A stretch of DNA of 55,976 nucleotides from Candidatus Cerribacteria bacterium 'Amazon FNV 2010 28 9' (GTDB lineage Bacteria; Patescibacteriota; Microgenomatia; UBA1400; UBA12028), in NCBI GenBank assembly GCA_003176165.1, contig PSRQ01000023.1, forward strand, positions 1 to 55,976. Direction: 5' to 3'. The notes beneath the pieces are model-generated. The model did not search any database, was not told the origin of the DNA, and saw nothing but the letters and a program-made list of their open reading frames with translations. Shown one piece after another: positions 19,032 through 28,804 of the stretch. The position numbers were made by a program, and so were the translations under genes. How positions within the stretch are numbered: position 1 is the stretch's first letter; each line of letters starts with the position of its first letter.

Positions 19032-20870
19032 CTATTCAATAGGGGGAGTTGGGTTGTGAACTTTTCTTCCGGCTGTTGGGTTTGACGCAGATGGAGGAGT
19101 TGGGCGTGGTCGTTTAGAAGGATCAAATCGGTCCAAAGCATTTTGTATCTCTTCTCCTGCAACCACATTAATAACCGCTCCAGTTGTTTGTCTACCGACT
19201 GTTTTAGCTAACTTCCATGCTTCACCACTCGAAACGAAGCCTCCACCAACTGCTCCAGCTGCTGTTCCTACTGCAGTATTACGAACAAGCCGGCCGGCTC
19301 TTTCTTTGAGTGTCCCTGGTTCTTTGATTGCGCTGTTAAGTCCAAGTAGGGCTCCTCCAGCGAACCCAACGCCAGCTCCTCCAAGAGTTCCTCCGACCAA
19401 AGTTGCTGGCTTAATGCCTTTTTCAAAATTCTTTCTCAGATCTTCAACTCCTACTCCCAATTCGCCCTTCATAAGTCCCTTCGTTACTTTTAATACTTCT
19501 GGCATAGCTAAAATGGCACCCAGAGCTAATAATCCTTGATATGCTCCCACACCGTTTGTTCCTTGATTGCTCCCAAGCTGAGGAGCAGAGAATCCCGTGT
19601 CGCTGCTTGTAGTATTGATGCCAAGTGTAAAGAAATAAGCGATAAAGATGAGCAAAATGAGGGCAGGGAATACTAAGAGATTTTCAAAGAGTCCCTTGAT
19701 CCATTTCCCAAACGTGTTTTGTCCAGGGAGGGCACCAAAAAGAAGTTGGATAGGCGCAAAAATAACGGAAAAGAAAACGGCAATGTACGCGTTTACTAGA
19801 GCAAAAAATGTGCGAAAGAGGGAAACGAGAATGACAATGGTAAGCACGAGAACCATGATGACATTTGTCACGCCCCCGACAAGTTTTCCTGCAAAATCCG
19901 CAATTCCTGTCCCTCCCAATCCCGCGTTGGTTAAGCTAGCTACAATATCACCTATATTTTGAGAAATGCCACCGACTAGATTGCCGATGATACCGAATCC
20001 ATTGGAAAAGATGTTTTGTACAAATGCAATATCTTGAAGTCTCAAGGTAGTTAGTTTTCCTCCTGAAGCAGAAGAGAAAATACCAATCATGAGGTAGATG
20101 ATCAGATACATGATGTCGATCATCAGTCCAGCGATGGCGTAAGAGAACGTAACCAAGATGAGTGAGACGACAAGCTTGGGAAGCATTTGCTGTGCAGTCA
20201 CGGCTGCTTGAGAACCAATTTTACTGCGAATCATGATGAGAAAGCCAACAACTACAAAGATGACGACAAAGAAGAAATACGCGACATCACGAAATACTTT
20301 CCATAACCCTAACACGGGGCTTAAGGATGAAAACCCAATACCTTGTGCATACGCAGATTGAACAAATGGATGTTGCATGTTTTGCATCACGTCCGCCACA
20401 TATTCACGAGAACTCACTGGTGGGTTTGCCAGTGCAATACCTGTCATATTGAGTGTGGTTCCAATCGCTCCAGGATAGTAGAGAGCTGTTTGATGTCCAG
20501 ATCCCGAGTTAGCTTGGCTAGAACCGCTTGGAGTGGTCCCTGCCATTAACACGATGAGGCCTTTAAGGATAGAACACAAGGCACCATCTCCAGAAACTTT
20601 TTGCGTGGTCGTATCTGTAAATCCACAGTCAGCGACTGTTGTTGTTAGGTTTGGAGCGCCTGTTGTGAGGCCCGCTCCGATAGAGTCAAGGTAACTTGAA
20701 ACAGCATCTGATGAAGGACCACCTTGTGCGGGGGAAGGTAAATTGGGACCCGCTGCAGCTTGCACGCGCGCAATTCCTGCAAACACAAATGCCATAAAGA
20801 CAAAAACGGCGAGAACAATCGATGGAAGTTTTTTGAGTATGCGGCGCATCGGACCTCTCTTATCTGGCAC
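19032..20870 (-). CDS. VirB6/TrbL-like polytopic membrane protein
   Basis: 612 aa. Signal-anchor (LAVFVFMAFVFAGIARVQAAA), a ~150-aa exposed region, at least 6 TM helices, and a Gly-rich C-terminal tail ending Pro/basic. It sits in a T4SS context next to the hydrolase and pilin genes. Assignment rests on architecture, not a motif. Confidence 0.7.
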   Translation of the reverse strand: MPDKRGPMRRILKKLPSIVLAVFVFMAFVFAGIARVQAAAGPNLPSPAQGGPSSDAVSSYLDSIGAGLTTGAPNLTTTVADCGFTDTTTQKVSGDGALCSILKGLIVLMAGTTPSGSSQANSGSGHQTALYYPGAIGTTLNMTGIALANPPVSSREYVADVMQNMQHPFVQSAYAQGIGFSSLSPVLGLWKVFRDVAYFFFVVIFVVVGFLIMIRSKIGSQAAVTAQQMLPKLVVSLILVTFSYAIAGLMIDIMYLIIYLMIGIFSSASGGKLTTLRLQDIAFVQNIFSNGFGIIGNLVGGISQNIGDIVASLTNAGLGGTGIADFAGKLVGGVTNVIMVLVLTIVILVSLFRTFFALVNAYIAVFFSVIFAPIQLLFGALPGQNTFGKWIKGLFENLLVFPALILLIFIAYFFTLGINTTSSDTGFSAPQLGSNQGTNGVGAYQGLLALGAILAMPEVLKVTKGLMKGELGVGVEDLRKNFEKGIKPATLVGGTLGGAGVGFAGGALLGLNSAIKEPGTLKERAGRLVRNTAVGTAAGAVGGGFVSSGEAWKLAKTVGRQTTGAVINVVAGEEIQNALDRFDPSKRPRPTPPSASNPTAGRKVHNPTPPIE

Positions 20871-20972
20871 CCTAAGAGGGAACCCGCCAGATGTTCTCTC
20901 CTTTTAAAGGAGAGAAAGATATTTATATTGTATTCTCGATGTGGTGTTCATGCAAGAAAGAAACAAATGTTG

Positions 20973-23900
20973 TTAATGACAACTGGTCATTTGTGTTGGG
21001 TAGGCGGGCAGATCACAGTGTCCTTGGGTGACGACACTCATGTTGCTCATCGTTTTTGCTGCGTATGCAGAAGCTCCGCTGGTGATCGTGCAACTGCTGT
21101 CAAATTCCCCATAGTGATATGCCTGACTGTAGTTGTCCCATGAGCACCCGTTTTGGAAACATTGACTAAATGTGGGTGGATAGGCATAGGGAAGATTTAA
21201 GAATGAGCTCAATTGGGCTTGGAAACCAACGACACTGGAGCTGTTGATACCAAAGTCTTGAACTCCTGGGAATCTGGCATAGTTACTCGCTCCACTTTCT
21301 TGTGCCCATATTGTCAATGTATAGATAGGGTTGACTCCTGCCGCAAGTGATTGGTCCACGACATCATTGAAGCATTTGTCAATTTGGTTGCCCGATGAGG
21401 TAGGATCACTGATCGACACAACTTGGTTGACCATATAATGAACTCCTTGTTTGAGTTGGAGCCATGAAGCGTCTGGTGCTGGAGCATTGGCGTTACATCC
21501 TACATTATTTGCAGCAATTGGAATGCGTTTTGGTCCAGGGCAGGCAATCGTTTGACTCGTGTCACCACTTCCGCCAGGATTGGTATTTCCACCGGGAGCA
21601 GGTGAACATGATGAAGAGGGGCTTCCAGCCTTGATACCCATACTCACAGCGACTGCAAATGGATAGTGGGCTTGTTGCACATTTGGATCAGTAGGATTGG
21701 GGAAGACTTGAGTCATCGTCCCATCAGTATTGGCCTTACACAGTTGTGTCACACTGTCACCATCAAGCATGACAAAATGCCCATCATCAATACCCAAATC
21801 CGCCATAGCTTGTTTTACCCCAGCCGGATTGGCTGCCAGCGTGCGAATGTAGAGCATGTTGTTTTTCAAACCAATAGCCGTGCGGAAGAGTGGCCCATCA
21901 TATGGAGGTTGGAAGTTGTCATAGTATACTCCAGTGACGATAAACTGTGCTTGCGTTAAATCTGGGGTACCTTTGATATCTGCTCGGTTTCCGCTGCGTC
22001 CGTCCCAGTCATACACATGCGCTGTCCCATTTTTATCAATCATGAGTGACATTGGATTGGTACCTGGTTTCGGAGGAACATTGGTGATGTTGCCATCGAA
22101 TCCAAATGGCCCGATGGGGTCATGTGCGCTATTTCCAAAGTTTGCATTGAGTGCAAATGCCAATCCTTTTCCACTTGCCCAGTCGCACGATTTTTGACCA
22201 TATTCTGATGGAAGAGAAGTGATGAGTGTACTTGCGTCAGCAGGGGCAGTGACCTCGTAGCCATTGCCAACCTGACTGATGGTTGCAGCACTTCCTTGAC
22301 CTGGTTGACATTGTGGAGCCGGAGCGGTGGTGTAGCACGCACTACTTCCTTGTTGTAAGATTTTTTCAAATCCAGCGTAGGGAACGGTTTGCTTCGTCGG
22401 ATCGGGATTAAGCACGTGACACACGATTTCCCACAGCGCACGTGTCAGTCGTCCTCCGGGGACGGTGGGGTTGATGTCAAACGTATCAATTTTTTCACCG
22501 TTGATGCTCCCAATGAGGCTGACAGCTGAATGAGCTATCCGATCAAATCCAACGATGGTGCTAGGTTGTTGTGGTGAGGACATGTGGACGGTCAACCCAC
22601 CGTTTGCTTTAGGAGCGGTATCGGACAGTTGTAAATATTTGTATGACTTTCCATCTCCAGGAACATCCGTATCTTTAGATGTCGTTCCTGCAGGGAAGAC
22701 ACCTCCCGCATACTGGGGATCAAGCCAGGTGTGTGCGAGGACATCGCCATAGTCAGCGATGTTGCGATACTCCTCGGGAAGGAGCATAAAGGTGCGCGTC
22801 GAGAGATTGTGATCGTTCGGCTCTTGTCCACGAAGATCTGCTTTTACCCCTACCGCAACTTCGTGCACAGGATCAGGATTGCCATCGGGGTTAATTTTTG
22901 TTTTGATCGTTTGCGCTTTTTCTCCCACGAGGTCACTAGACATGCAGGTAGAGTCATCTTCGTTCGGCGCATGCGGACGATCAATTTCAGCATTGATACG
23001 CTTGACGATCGTCGTTAAAAATTGGTCGGAATTGCATTCCGGACAGTCGACATGCTTTTCTCCAATGGGATCAGGGTCAATGGCAAGTGGTTCACTGCGA
23101 CTAATTTGCATCACTTGTGAAACTTGCGCTTTGCGATCGTCGGCGATGCGGTTTTGTGTTTCCAAGGAAGTCTGTGAGAGCATCGTGTTCATAAAGCCGC
23201 TATTGAAGCCAGTTCCTGGAACAGTCGTAAACGCAGATTCATCATCAGATGTACTCGCGACGTTGGCAGGGACGTAGACTTTGGTGACTTTGACGCGATT
23301 TTTGGCTTTGTCCAAGTTACTTCCTCCATCAGGAGCAAACCAACTGGCAAGGCGATCAATGTGTGTGTTGTTTTGGTAGGGATAATCAGTGTAGTGGATG
23401 ATGTATGCAGGTTTAAAGGCTTTGGGTGTGGTGGTCTCAACTTGACTTAAAAGTTGGGCATAGGCTTGTGAAGCTTGACTCGCATTGATGTTAAAGCACG
23501 AAAAATCTGGAGGGGCACTACTCAGCACATCCAAATATGATTTGCCCGCTCCAGGAACATCCAGATCTAAGGGACAACGCTGTGAAGCATTCGTCGTGGT
23601 TGGTGGTGTGATTTGGTCCGGTGTATTATTGATGAGTGTCGTGCTCTTTGGTTGGTTATCACACAGTGTCTTGATGGCATGCAGGAAACTCAACGTGTTG
23701 GAGCAACGTGGTGCGAGCGCGAGTGATTTACTGTCGTTTCCCGACGCGACAAAATTGTTGATCGAATCTTGGGCTGACGAGACATCTTTGTTGGGAAGCG
23801 AAGCGTTTGAAAAGAAACTTTCTAGATCGTTTAACCGTGACGTATCGGGAGCGCTCGCATTTTGAAACCGGAAGAGTGGAATGGTGGTTTGTTCGTGGTT

Positions 23901-25895
23901 AATAAAGGCAGTGCCACTCGCCCCACCCACAAAACATGCACCCTTGGCACAGCTAAAGAGAGTTGGGATGAAGTTTGGATCACTTGTATTGCCCACTTTG
24001 TCCAAATTTTTGATATCAGCCACATATCCAAATCGAGGCGCGCAGGTGATCATGTAATGAGAAGCCATTGATAATTGATCTTCTGGTGTGTTCTGATCTT
24101 CAATGCCGGGATAGATGTAGAGGCTACTTCCGAGCCCTTGTGTTTTACTACATGTATCTGGATCAATTTGGTTTCCGTCTGCATCAAAAATTTTCCCTTG
24201 GATAAAGTAAAACCAACTATTTGTTTGGTTACCGTGTTGTCCATTACAGTTGTTGACAATGAGTGTGGCTGCGCTGTTGATCCCGGAAGGAAGTTGTGTG
24301 GTTAATAACCAATTCAGTTGTTGTCGTAGCGAAAGATCTGGTTGCGAGCCCCAACCGTTAAAGTGGATGACGGGTTTGCCTGCGATTTGTTGAATAGCTA
24401 AATAGGTAGCGAGATTGCGATTGTGATTGGGAATCTGATTGACCATGTCAGAAGTAATGAGGGAGTCAAGATCGGAAGCAGGGGGTACATCAAACACGCT
24501 TTGTGCTAACCCATCGACCATGTCGTACACTCCAGCACTTTTCAGTGTCGTTGCAAATACATACGCACTGTATTCATTATTGTTTGGATCAAGTGAAGTA
24601 GGAGCGAGTACGTATTTTTGTCCTGGTCCATGATGGAGTTCCGCAGCAAATGCTTTGAATGTACTCGCATAATCAAGGGCTGCTTGACGAACGACAGAAG
24701 TATTTCCTTTATTATGGCTATAGCAGTACTCTTTTTCGAGGTTGTTCAGTTCATTTCCAAAGATGACGAGAGTTCCTGGTGGGAAAGCAGATGAATTATT
24801 GAGTTTGTCTGCAAACGCACGTGCTGCATCAGGCGTAGTATATTGAGCACCGGGATCATTACATCCCGCTGTCGTATCAACGATCGAGCCGTGGATACCA
24901 TAGACGCGCAAAAAGACATGCGCTCCTGGAGATGGATTATATGGAGAAGTCGGATCCTCAATACTATTTAATACTTGGACTGTTCCGCTGAAGCTATTTG
25001 GCTGGATCACTTTATCATTGACCCCTTGTTGTCCTTTTTGGTCGGCAAATGCAAGTTCAGGTCCTATTTTATCTCCATTTACTCCTGGACCACTACTTGG
25101 GATTGTTGCAGACCCACCTGAAGATAAGCCTCCAGATCCATTTTGTGAGGAACCTCCTGAAGAGCTTGAACCGCCATTACTCGTTCCACCACTTGAATTT
25201 CCCGCTCCCGTGACAGCAGCAGTAATGGCATCGGACAAAGCTGCTCGGCCTTGAGCGCTTAAGTGGACTCCATCGGAAGGTTTGCCCAAACAGGTTGAAA
25301 CTTCACATGTACTTTCCAAATCTGCACTTCCGAATCCAGAAATATTAATGACGGAAATATTTTTAATCGACTGAATTTGAGAATTCAGTGCCGACTCCGG
25401 AGTGCTGTCTAACATTGGCCAAATGAGCTTCGCGTAGGGAGGGTAATTGTGGGGAGTGTAGTAGTTAACGACAAATATGGTAGCAGTTGGATTCTTGGTT
25501 TGGATATCGCTCACAATTTGTTGGATCCCTGAAATAGTTGGTCCGGGAGTTTTGTTTTTTCCCATGTCGTTCACCCACGGTCCGACAACAAAATTCTGGC
25601 ATCCGCTATTTAGGAATGATTGATATGTTGAAGAATTGAGATACGTACTCAATGTGTCGGCCGGAACTGCAAAGTTTTTCCCCCCGGTCACTAAACTGGC
25701 GATAGTTTGGCCGCTGAATACCGGGGGATAATCTCTATAATTGCCTGCGTCGTAAGTGATGTTACCAGCTTCGACCGAATCTCCCGCAATCGCGACACAA
25801 CTATCTGCGTGTGCGGGTTTTGCAAACATAAAAAACCAAAGTGAAAGAGTGAACAAGAGGGAAGTAATCGATAATAAAAAGCGGCGCGCACGCAT
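20973..25895 (-). CDS. Giant secreted multi-domain enzyme: SGNH/GDSL hydrolase, Gly/Ser linker, TIM-barrel glycosidase-like region, phosphodiester-glycosidase (DUF2233)-like domain, lysozyme-like C-terminus
   Basis: Signal peptide ending AHA at residue 30. SGNH block I is AIAGDSVEAGN and block V is DGVHLSAQG. GS-rich linker at residues ~229-262. LVIFGNELNN is a GH-type NE motif. FRTAIGLKNNMLYIRTLAANPAGVKQAMADLGIDDGHFVMLDGDSV (from residue 1338) has the DUF2233 pattern. IWAQESGASNY lies near the C-terminus. Confidence 0.85.
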   Translation of the reverse strand: MRARRFLLSITSLLFTLSLWFFMFAKPAHADSCVAIAGDSVEAGNITYDAGNYRDYPPVFSGQTIASLVTGGKNFAVPADTLSTYLNSSTYQSFLNSGCQNFVVGPWVNDMGKNKTPGPTISGIQQIVSDIQTKNPTATIFVVNYYTPHNYPPYAKLIWPMLDSTPESALNSQIQSIKNISVINISGFGSADLESTCEVSTCLGKPSDGVHLSAQGRAALSDAITAAVTGAGNSSGGTSNGGSSSSGGSSQNGSGGLSSGGSATIPSSGPGVNGDKIGPELAFADQKGQQGVNDKVIQPNSFSGTVQVLNSIEDPTSPYNPSPGAHVFLRVYGIHGSIVDTTAGCNDPGAQYTTPDAARAFADKLNNSSAFPPGTLVIFGNELNNLEKEYCYSHNKGNTSVVRQAALDYASTFKAFAAELHHGPGQKYVLAPTSLDPNNNEYSAYVFATTLKSAGVYDMVDGLAQSVFDVPPASDLDSLITSDMVNQIPNHNRNLATYLAIQQIAGKPVIHFNGWGSQPDLSLRQQLNWLLTTQLPSGINSAATLIVNNCNGQHGNQTNSWFYFIQGKIFDADGNQIDPDTCSKTQGLGSSLYIYPGIEDQNTPEDQLSMASHYMITCAPRFGYVADIKNLDKVGNTSDPNFIPTLFSCAKGACFVGGASGTAFINHEQTTIPLFRFQNASAPDTSRLNDLESFFSNASLPNKDVSSAQDSINNFVASGNDSKSLALAPRCSNTLSFLHAIKTLCDNQPKSTTLINNTPDQITPPTTTNASQRCPLDLDVPGAGKSYLDVLSSAPPDFSCFNINASQASQAYAQLLSQVETTTPKAFKPAYIIHYTDYPYQNNTHIDRLASWFAPDGGSNLDKAKNRVKVTKVYVPANVASTSDDESAFTTVPGTGFNSGFMNTMLSQTSLETQNRIADDRKAQVSQVMQISRSEPLAIDPDPIGEKHVDCPECNSDQFLTTIVKRINAEIDRPHAPNEDDSTCMSSDLVGEKAQTIKTKINPDGNPDPVHEVAVGVKADLRGQEPNDHNLSTRTFMLLPEEYRNIADYGDVLAHTWLDPQYAGGVFPAGTTSKDTDVPGDGKSYKYLQLSDTAPKANGGLTVHMSSPQQPSTIVGFDRIAHSAVSLIGSINGEKIDTFDINPTVPGGRLTRALWEIVCHVLNPDPTKQTVPYAGFEKILQQGSSACYTTAPAPQCQPGQGSAATISQVGNGYEVTAPADASTLITSLPSEYGQKSCDWASGKGLAFALNANFGNSAHDPIGPFGFDGNITNVPPKPGTNPMSLMIDKNGTAHVYDWDGRSGNRADIKGTPDLTQAQFIVTGVYYDNFQPPYDGPLFRTAIGLKNNMLYIRTLAANPAGVKQAMADLGIDDGHFVMLDGDSVTQLCKANTDGTMTQVFPNPTDPNVQQAHYPFAVAVSMGIKAGSPSSSCSPAPGGNTNPGGSGDTSQTIACPGPKRIPIAANNVGCNANAPAPDASWLQLKQGVHYMVNQVVSISDPTSSGNQIDKCFNDVVDQSLAAGVNPIYTLTIWAQESGASNYARFPGVQDFGINSSSVVGFQAQLSSFLNLPYAYPPTFSQCFQNGCSWDNYSQAYHYGEFDSSCTITSGASAYAAKTMSNMSVVTQGHCDLPAYPTQMTSCH

Positions 25896-26200
25896 ACTGC
25901 TATTATAGCCTATTTGTGTGGCTTGTTCTTGCGTTTGTCATTCCCTACAGGTGGGAATTGCTCCCTCTCTGTCATCTCCACGAGCCAGAGGCTCTCTGAG
26001 CCGTGGACCTGAAAGCCGAATCCAACGCTATCCTCATCCGGGATCTTTTGCAAGAGAAACTTAAAGATTTCATCCGTACTTGGATACATCTCTCTTTTGC
26101 CGGTTCAATGTTATACGTTGAACCGAAACAGTTTCGGCAAATGTAGAAGAAGCGTTTATACTTCATGCCTTTTTACAATAACCCCATCATTCTACCGTTA

Positions 26201-26251
26201 AAGGATCCCGGCTACTTGACTGCACCGAAGGCGCGTCACGGCCGGGATGAC
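26201..26251 (+). repeat. Family-1 repeat, right-hand (A) hairpin module; possibly the end of a longer divergent copy starting at 25971
   Basis: aaggatcccggctacttgactgcaccgaaggcgcgtcacggccgggatgac is near-identical to 33416-33465. 25971-26050 begins gtcatctcc and ends catccgggatctttt, like the B module. Confidence 0.7.
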
Positions 26252-26307
26252 GAGAGAGAGGATAAGGAAAGAAAAACGGAAGATTTTTATCAGGGATGAC
26301 AACACTC

Positions 26308-26784
26308 TTACGGTTGCGGTGTTGGTAATTGTGTATGGAAGTTGAGGAATGTCGAGACACCCGTGAGTTGTGAGAGAATACGTAAAATCAAAATGGACGT
26401 GAGTGCGACGACGATGCCGATGATTGCAAAGGTAATAGCCTTTTGCGCTTCTTCCACACCTTTGCTATTGTTGCCAGCTGTTAAATATTTAAATCCACCG
26501 ATCAAAAACATAATGAAAGCGACAAAACCAATGAACGTGATAGCGGTGGCAAGCACGTTGGAAACGAGGCATTCGACACCTTGGATGGTAGCAACCTGAG
26601 TAATATCAGAATTCGGAACCGTTGGTTTGTCCACAAATTGGTTTGTTTTTGAGTTGTAATATCTTCCACATTGAGCACTCCAGTCTGCTGTTTGCGCTGA
26701 AGCGGGTGAAAGCGGAGCTAATGATAAAAATAAAAAGAAAATCGGTAAAAAGATCCTTTTTATCTTTGAAAGAAGTTTTTTCAT
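26308..26784 (-). CDS. VirB2/TrbC-like T4SS pilin paralogue P1 (with Sec signal peptide)
   Basis: Signal peptide ending PASAQ. Core FLIGGFKYLTAGNNSKGVEEAQKAITFAIIGIVVAL forms a two-TM hairpin with a basic loop. Two Cys in the N-terminal mature part. Confidence 0.8.
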   Translation of the reverse strand: MKKLLSKIKRIFLPIFFLFLSLAPLSPASAQTADWSAQCGRYYNSKTNQFVDKPTVPNSDITQVATIQGVECLVSNVLATAITFIGFVAFIMFLIGGFKYLTAGNNSKGVEEAQKAITFAIIGIVVALTSILILRILSQLTGVSTFLNFHTQLPTPQP

Positions 26785-26814
26785 CGCAATATTAATTGTA
26801 TCATTCTTCTCATA

Positions 26815-26843
26815 AAGAAAAAGCCACCCTTGTGAGGTGGCTT
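26815..26843 (-). terminator. Rho-independent terminator after the TolB-like gene
   Basis: agccacc cttgtga ggtggct hairpin with a T-run on the minus strand. Confidence 0.6.
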
Positions 26844-26864
26844 AAAATATCAAAACTTTGATAC

Positions 26865-27818
26865 CTATTTATTACTGACCATGATAAGACCATTTTTTGT
26901 GCTTGGGTCATAGTCAACATAGGCGATTTGAGTTCCATCGGAGGACCAGCTAATCCACTCTACAACAGCATTTCCACCTTCATGAACGTGAATGTCTTTT
27001 AACCATTGGGTGGTTTTTGAACTGACATCATATTCTTTCAAGGAATCACCGTCCAGAAAAATCATTGTTTTTCCGTTCGGAGAAAGTGAACCAGTGGGAA
27101 CATCATTTCCTCCACGAATGGATGTCCCATCTGTTTTCATGATTGAACCGCCCCTAAAAATAACCCCTTGCGCCGTCCATGTTTGAATGTCTCCAAAACT
27201 GTAGTTCGAAAGCATTGTGCTTTTGCCTGTTTCAGTATCTAAGACACAAGTATGGACGAAGGTGCTATCATCTTTGGCTCCACATAAATAAGCAATTTGT
27301 TTCCCGTTAGGAGACCAAGCAAGTGTTGGATATGGAAATAATCCATCATCCGCATAACCTATGACCTCTAGTGGGAAATTTCCAGAATCGGTCGTGTCGA
27401 GGAAGCACGAGTGTTCAAGTGTGGTAATTACGACAATGCATACCCCGTACGATTCCTTGCTTCCATATCCGGGTGCATATGCAATCCTTGTTCCGTCTGG
27501 AGCCCATTTTGGACTTGTCCCTAGAACGATTTTATTGGGAACAGAATTACCATTTGAATCAGTTATGAAGATATTGTCATTCATAACATAAGCAATTCTA
27601 TTGTCCAAAGGAGACCAATCTGGTTGGCCGATTGAATCCCACTGAGAAGTTGTGGTAGCCACAGTATGAGTGGGGTAAAAGATGTTTCCCAAGGTGTATT
27701 TAGCCAAGTTAAACATCCAGAAACACAGTGCCAGTACAATGATTGACGGGATTAGTAATACTATTCCACATCCTGGTCCACTTTCAAGTGGGACGAGCAC
27801 AATCGCAAACCTACGCAT
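26865..27818 (-). CDS. Membrane-anchored TolB-like (PD40/WD40-like) beta-propeller protein
   Basis: N-terminal TM, then repeated PD40-type motifs SPKWAPDGTRIAY, AWSPNGKQIAYL, SLSPNGKTMIF, WSSDGTQIAYV. Start set to the ATG at 27818; the track uses a TTG at 27854. Confidence 0.8.
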   Translation of the reverse strand: MRRFAIVLVPLESGPGCGIVLLIPSIIVLALCFWMFNLAKYTLGNIFYPTHTVATTTSQWDSIGQPDWSPLDNRIAYVMNDNIFITDSNGNSVPNKIVLGTSPKWAPDGTRIAYAPGYGSKESYGVCIVVITTLEHSCFLDTTDSGNFPLEVIGYADDGLFPYPTLAWSPNGKQIAYLCGAKDDSTFVHTCVLDTETGKSTMLSNYSFGDIQTWTAQGVIFRGGSIMKTDGTSIRGGNDVPTGSLSPNGKTMIFLDGDSLKEYDVSSKTTQWLKDIHVHEGGNAVVEWISWSSDGTQIAYVDYDPSTKNGLIMVSNK

Positions 27819-28030
27819 TTGGTATATCCATCCTTTTTCTCTGGGTAGAGACAAGTTGTCTCATAAAATCCCAGATAGGGAAATGCACACTGTGAGCACT
27901 TTCCAATCTGGGAAACCAGAAAAAATCTTCTTCACATGTTATAGAGCAAAATACTCTCATCCGTTGGATGAACAGTGAGTATTGTGGTGTGAATTATAGC
28001 ACGAATTATGGGGTGGCCCTCTCTTACCTC

Positions 28031-28175
28031 GTCATCCCTGACGCGACGCGAAGCCGTCGAGTATCAGGGATCTTTAAACAGGTTACGATTGAATTATTTT
28101 GAGCATGTAGTACGAATTGCAGAAAGATCCCGGCTACTTGGCTCCCGCAGATGGCGGGGCCATGGCCAGGATGAC
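28031..28175 (+). repeat. Family-1 composite MITE-like element (B hairpin - spacer - A hairpin), copy 1
   Basis: Starts gtcatccctgacgcg and ends ggccaggatgac, giving terminal inverted repeats GTCATCCC/GGGATGAC. Homologous to 33301-33465 and, inverted, to 35650-35800. Confidence 0.8.
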
Positions 28176-28212
28176 GAGAAAAATTGTAGGGACTTGGAGC
28201 AAGGGAATATCC

Positions 28213-28238
28213 AAAAACCCCCGCTTGAAACGGGGGTT
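28213..28238 (-). terminator. Rho-independent terminator downstream of pilin P2, followed by a second hairpin at about 28257-28277
   Basis: acccccg cttgaaa cgggggt with a T-run on the minus strand. A second stem cctctcc/ggagagg follows. Confidence 0.65.
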
Positions 28239-28320
28239 CTTATTTCTCTTTGTTTTCCTCTCCATTTTTTGGAGAGGAACTCTGGCAGGTTCCCGTACAC
28301 GGGTGCCAGAGAGGTGCGGC

Positions 28321-28698
28321 TTAGTAAGGTTGTGGCAAACTAATACTTGAGCCGACACGAATACCAAAGAAGGTACTCAAGACTTGTGAGATGGCGAAGG
28401 CTGCTGCGACGATGGCCAAACCAATGATGGCGTTGGTCAATTTTTGACGAGCACTCTCGGTCTTACTCTTGTCACCACCAGCGGTGATCCACTCGACACC
28501 ACCCCAAACGAGGTAGATGAAGACGAGCAAACCAACGATACCAAGGGTAACGGTCAACAATGAGTTAATCAATTTTCCAAGATCACTAATTTTGAAACCA
28601 GCGTTGGATGGGTCAACATTGATGGTTTGTGCGTACGCTGTACTAGCGAGTAAGAGACCACTCACAGCGGTACTTGCTTGTACGATCTTTTTTAACAT
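28321..28698 (-). CDS. VirB2/TrbC-like T4SS pilin paralogue P2 (candidate major pilin, Sec signal peptide)
   Basis: Signal peptide MLKKIVQASTAVSGLLLASTAYAQ. Core LVWGGVEWITAGGDKSKTESARQKLTNAIIGLAIVA. It has its own promoter-like and terminator signals. Confidence 0.85.
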   Translation of the reverse strand: MLKKIVQASTAVSGLLLASTAYAQTINVDPSNAGFKISDLGKLINSLLTVTLGIVGLLVFIYLVWGGVEWITAGGDKSKTESARQKLTNAIIGLAIVAAAFAISQVLSTFFGIRVGSSISLPQPY

Positions 28699-28750
28699 AC
28701 ATTCTCCTCTTTTTTCTTTGGACGATTACGATGTGATGTCCAGAGTATAG

Positions 28751-28778
28751 TATATACCACTCTCATTTACTTTTGCAA
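28751..28778 (-). promoter_or_regulatory. Sigma70-like promoter for pilin P2
   Basis: The minus strand reads TTGCAA - 16 nt - TATATA. AGGAG sits just upstream of the ATG at 28698. Confidence 0.45.
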
Positions 28779-28804
28779 ATTTTTTACATCAATGCAAAGA
28801 ATCA

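Noticed and set aside
20894-20918. Palindrome ttctctccttttaaaggagagaa as terminator of the 1640-aa gene
   Set aside because: The stem is good, but there is no T-run on the minus strand, and virB6 follows only about 25 nt further on. Read-through into virB6 seems as likely, so it is not listed as a terminator.
25972-26166. 64-aa minus-strand ORF between the giant gene and pilin P1
   Set aside because: It lies in a stretch of hairpins (tccacg/cgtgga, cggttcaa/ttgaaccg, ccgaaac/gtttcgg) and repeat fragments. The stretch more likely holds terminator and promoter structures.
28008-28367. Four overlapping ORFs (28008-28343 +, 28117-28350 +, 28094-28300 -, 28134-28367 -) in the TolB-like/pilin spacer
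   Set aside because: They are read through the family-1 repeat and two terminator hairpins. They overlap each other in several frames and have repeat-derived, low-complexity translations. They are treated as spurious.
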